IMG/VR virus record: IMGVR_UViG_3300037086_000360
Span: 186,112-250,111 of that record
DNA length: 64,000 bases
Strand: one strand, 5' to 3'
Part shown: positions 60,562-64,000 of the stretch, piece by piece
Layout of the letters: each line of letters opens with the position of its first letter
Numbering within the stretch: the stretch's first letter is position 1
Program-made: the position numbers and the translations under genes
The notes under the pieces: generated by a model
What the model saw: only the letters and a program-made list of their open reading frames with translations
Database searches by the model: none
What the model was told of the DNA's origin: nothing

Positions 60562-63500
60562 ATGCCTAAAATAGCTTTGGAATTCAATCTAGCTTTTAGA
60601 ACCTCAACAAAAGAACTTCAAAAAGGTTTGAAGACTGCCTCTAGTATGATGAGTGATCTGACAAAGTCAGCAGGACAATTGATTAGTGAATTTGGCGGTG
60701 GACTCGAGAAGAAAATTATTGATGAATTTGGTGCCCATGGTCCAATGATAGGCACCTTTAAGCAAAGTATTGCTGAAATAGGAAAGAATTTAAAAGACAC
60801 TGTCGCTTCTTCTACAAAAGGAATTAGTGCTGGAGCGACCGACATTTTACAGAAAGCTCAATTTATTCACGTTTCAGAGGGAATAGAAAGCATTAATAAG
60901 GCCATGGGAAGAATGGTCGAGGGATTTGGTGTTGCTGGAGCAGAGGGCCAAAAAATGATGGTTGAAATGACAGCCGCCATGGCAGGTTTGACATCTAAAG
61001 ACAATATTCAATACTTCAATCAATTCGTAAAACAATCTGAAAATCTGCGACGGAATATGGACGACTTTACTCCACAGCGTTTTGGAAAAATAGCCGGAAA
61101 TTTTGAAAAAATACAAACAGCATCACATATAATTGCTGAACTTCAGAAGAAAATATCACTATCAACTGGAATAGAAAAGAAAAATCTCGAAGAGACTCTC
61201 ACCGCCCAACAAAAATCCATTAAAAATCTCATAAGAGAGAATGATGCTTTGGCAAAACAGGGTGAGATGATTAATCGAATCAAAGAAAAAGCAAAAGATC
61301 TTTTTGGGAAACTAAAAATGCTCGCTGGAGTTGCCAGTCTTGCCGACATTGTGAAACGTGCGGCAGAGGCTCAAAACAATGCAGCTAGAATAGCTTTCAA
61401 AACTGGAATCAATGGCATCGCAGCTGTAGATGATGCCATGGGTCAATTTGTCAAAACTAATCAGAATTACTCTGATCAAGTTGGTCGAGCATCATTATTA
61501 ATGGGAAATGCCATGACTCAAGCCGCTGGGGAAGTGAGCGCCAATACTGCTGATATCGCTGAAAGTTGGGGCGAGTTGGCCTCTCTAAGAGTGAGAGGAC
61601 CCATTAGTGAGATGAAGGATTTGACTGAAATCAGTTATCAAATGCAAAAAGCATTTGGTATTTCTTCTGGAGAAGCTGCTAATTTTATTCGTGACTTGAA
61701 GGTTATTGGAGGTCTTGGAACAAAAGAAATTAAATCTGCTGCCGAAGGTTTGCTCGGAGTTCAGAGAGAACTTGGTCTCATGCCTGGTGAGGCAAGAGAA
61801 GTTAGTGCTACTGTCGGTGTCGTGATGCGACAAATAAGAGCGTTTGGTGGATCTGCAAAAAACATTAGCGTAGTCACAAAGGAAATTGGAAAATTGGTGG
61901 CCACGTTTGGAGACGTGGGTCTTGAAGCCTCTGATGCTACGAAAATGATTGAACAGATGATGGACCCATCTAAGATTAATGACAATATTATGCTGTGGCA
62001 TGGATTAGGAATGACGGCTCAAGAGGGAATGCAAATGGCAATGGGTGAGGGTAAAAATATGGCTGGAATGACCACTAAAATGGTTGGTTTGGCTAAAAGT
62101 TTGAAAGCCCAGGCCGGTGGTAACTATATAGTGTTAGATTCTTTAGCCAAAATGTATGGAATGACATATCAACAGGTCATGGCATTGACTCAAGCTGAGG
62201 TAAAAAGAACTGATAAACAAATAGCTGATGCGAAATTACAAGAAGCCGCCGCAGCGGCACAGAGAGGTATTCTCGATCAATTAAAGCGCGCGTGGAATAG
62301 TATCGCGGTCATAGTTGATAAAGCTGTACTTCCAGCCATAAGCGGTATCAGTTGGGTATTAGAAAAAGTATTGCCCCTTGTCACAAAACTTGCCGGTGCC
62401 TTTGATACCACTAAAGAAAAAGCAGGATCATTCGGAATGATTTGGAAATGGATTGGAAAAATTGGAATTCCAGTAGTGGCATTTGGGATGTTCAAGCTGA
62501 TCAAAAATGGAAAACTTCTTGCTGGTGTTTTTGGTGAAAAGGGTCTTCTTAAATCTTTCGGAGCCTTGATCAAAAGAGCTCCAATCCTAAATAAGTTGTT
62601 CAAAAACATAAAGGTTCCTGAGGTACCGGGCGGAGCAGTTGGGACTAAGGGCGGAGGCATCTTCAAAGGCATCGCTGATGCACTCAAAGGTATTAAACCC
62701 GCTCAATTGCTAGCAATTGGTGCGGCCATCTTTTTCATAGCTGCCGGTATTGCACTTATCGTGTTTTCGGTTTCATTGTTGGCCAAAGCGCTTAAAGACT
62801 TGAATCTGGATCAATTGAATGCTCTTGTTCAAATCATGGCTATCACCATGGGTGGAATGATTGCAATCATGATTGTATTTGCAGTTGTTATATTCTTGTT
62901 GGGATCAGCCGGATTGGCCGCCGCACCGGGTATTTTGGCCATTGGTGCCGCAATTTTCTTGATCGCAGCTGGTGTTGCTCTGATGATGTTTGCAATGGTT
63001 CTACTTATAAGAGAAATAGCTGGATTGGGTAAGAATATAATGCCTGCTGCTGTGGCTTTTGGAATGATGATTGTAATGTTGGCCGCCCTAACTATTGCTC
63101 TGTATTTCTTAATACCTGCAGTCATTGGACTAGGAGCTGCGGGATATGCATCAGCGGTAGGAATACTTGCTATTGGTGTTGCCATTTTTCTAATGGGAGC
63201 TGGGGCTGCTCTTGCTGGATTTGGTGTATTATTGATGGCTAAGGGTATGGTTCTGTTGGGACAGAATGCAGAAGCTGCGGTAAAAGGCGCCATGGCTCTC
63301 GTTGTTGCTCTTGCTGCCACTGCTCTTGCTTTATTTATTTTCATGAAAGCAGTGGGACCAGCGATTATAGCAATTGCTCTTTTGGCTGGCATGGCTTTGG
63401 TATTCTTCCTAGCAGGAAAGGCCGCACTTTGGCTTGCAGTTCCACTTGGAATAATTGCGCTATCATTAACCGCAATAGTTGGCATGACAGATTTGGCAGT

Positions 63501-63900
63501 TACGGCGTTAGGAAGGCTTGCCACCACTCTCAAGAGTCTTCCTAAAGGATTTGGTGTTAATTTTGCAGCTGAAATCAATATGATGACTATGGCTCTTTTG
63601 AAATTTGCTGCTGTTGGAGCAATAGCTGCTCCAATTATGGCGATTACAGCTATTTTTGGAATTAAGGGAGCAGCTCCTGCAGGAGCTACGACTGGAACAG
63701 CTGGTAGTAGTGGTGCCGTTGTAAGTGAATTACAAACCAGTAACCAGCATCTAGCTCTCATTGAAAAATACACTAGTATAACAAATGATAAATTGGATGC
63801 AGTCGTAAATGCTCTTAAGACAACAGTGTCCAATACTCGACGCTCTAATATGTATGGTGTTGATAAGTCACTAGGAGCGACTGCTCCAGTTTCTAGATAA
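60562..63900 (+). CDS. Tail tape measure protein
   Basis: 1112 aa, helical and Ala/Gly-rich with a long hydrophobic C-terminal region. Confidence 0.82.
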   Translation: MPKIALEFNLAFRTSTKELQKGLKTASSMMSDLTKSAGQLISEFGGGLEKKIIDEFGAHGPMIGTFKQSIAEIGKNLKDTVASSTKGISAGATDILQKAQFIHVSEGIESINKAMGRMVEGFGVAGAEGQKMMVEMTAAMAGLTSKDNIQYFNQFVKQSENLRRNMDDFTPQRFGKIAGNFEKIQTASHIIAELQKKISLSTGIEKKNLEETLTAQQKSIKNLIRENDALAKQGEMINRIKEKAKDLFGKLKMLAGVASLADIVKRAAEAQNNAARIAFKTGINGIAAVDDAMGQFVKTNQNYSDQVGRASLLMGNAMTQAAGEVSANTADIAESWGELASLRVRGPISEMKDLTEISYQMQKAFGISSGEAANFIRDLKVIGGLGTKEIKSAAEGLLGVQRELGLMPGEAREVSATVGVVMRQIRAFGGSAKNISVVTKEIGKLVATFGDVGLEASDATKMIEQMMDPSKINDNIMLWHGLGMTAQEGMQMAMGEGKNMAGMTTKMVGLAKSLKAQAGGNYIVLDSLAKMYGMTYQQVMALTQAEVKRTDKQIADAKLQEAAAAAQRGILDQLKRAWNSIAVIVDKAVLPAISGISWVLEKVLPLVTKLAGAFDTTKEKAGSFGMIWKWIGKIGIPVVAFGMFKLIKNGKLLAGVFGEKGLLKSFGALIKRAPILNKLFKNIKVPEVPGGAVGTKGGGIFKGIADALKGIKPAQLLAIGAAIFFIAAGIALIVFSVSLLAKALKDLNLDQLNALVQIMAITMGGMIAIMIVFAVVIFLLGSAGLAAAPGILAIGAAIFLIAAGVALMMFAMVLLIREIAGLGKNIMPAAVAFGMMIVMLAALTIALYFLIPAVIGLGAAGYASAVGILAIGVAIFLMGAGAALAGFGVLLMAKGMVLLGQNAEAAVKGAMALVVALAATALALFIFMKAVGPAIIAIALLAGMALVFFLAGKAALWLAVPLGIIALSLTAIVGMTDLAVTALGRLATTLKSLPKGFGVNFAAEINMMTMALLKFAAVGAIAAPIMAITAIFGIKGAAPAGATTGTAGSSGAVVSELQTSNQHLALIEKYTSITNDKLDAVVNALKTTVSNTRRSNMYGVDKSLGATAPVSR

Positions 63901-64000
63901 TTGTAAAGATATAGTATGGACCTAATTTTTGGCAAATGGTTGAGAAATGAATCTTGGGAGCATGAAGAAGAGTATAATGATTTTCAGAGAGTCTATTTGA

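Noticed and set aside
1-64000. Genome-wide TAG reassignment (code 15), suggested by the CUA tRNAs
   Set aside because: Coding density is high in code 11, long conserved genes have no internal TAG, and several end at TAG at the expected length.

Overview
This window is a segment of a large lytic tailed-phage genome: gene-dense, mostly + strand, read in the standard code (TAG is a real stop). Several proteins point to a spirochaete host (inference). From left to right: (1) a tRNA/translation-control region with two Pth2 paralogs, two circularly permuted tRNA-like RNAs, two anticodon-less tRNA mimics, two CUA (amber) tRNAs, tRNA-Asn, tRNA-Ser, a compact RNase P RNA and a short tmRNA; (2) proteostasis genes (FtsH, ClpP-like, KamA); (3) an intact four-gene chaperone-usher pilus operon; (4) two AAA-ATPase + DUF2201/vWA systems and a lone vWA gene; (5) thymidylate kinase, whose N-terminus is duplicated around a homing endonuclease; (6) arrays of small paralogs; (7) nucleases (RuvC-like, PD-(D/E)XK, GIY-YIG, RNase H/FEN, HNH) and a stand-alone Csx15-like gene; (8) the start of a virion module (DNA end protector, hub-like protein, tape measure). 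Two recurring intergenic motifs (GCATAnTT and AAGATA) look like phage promoters. All calls come from reading motifs and base-pairing by eye; no database searches were run.
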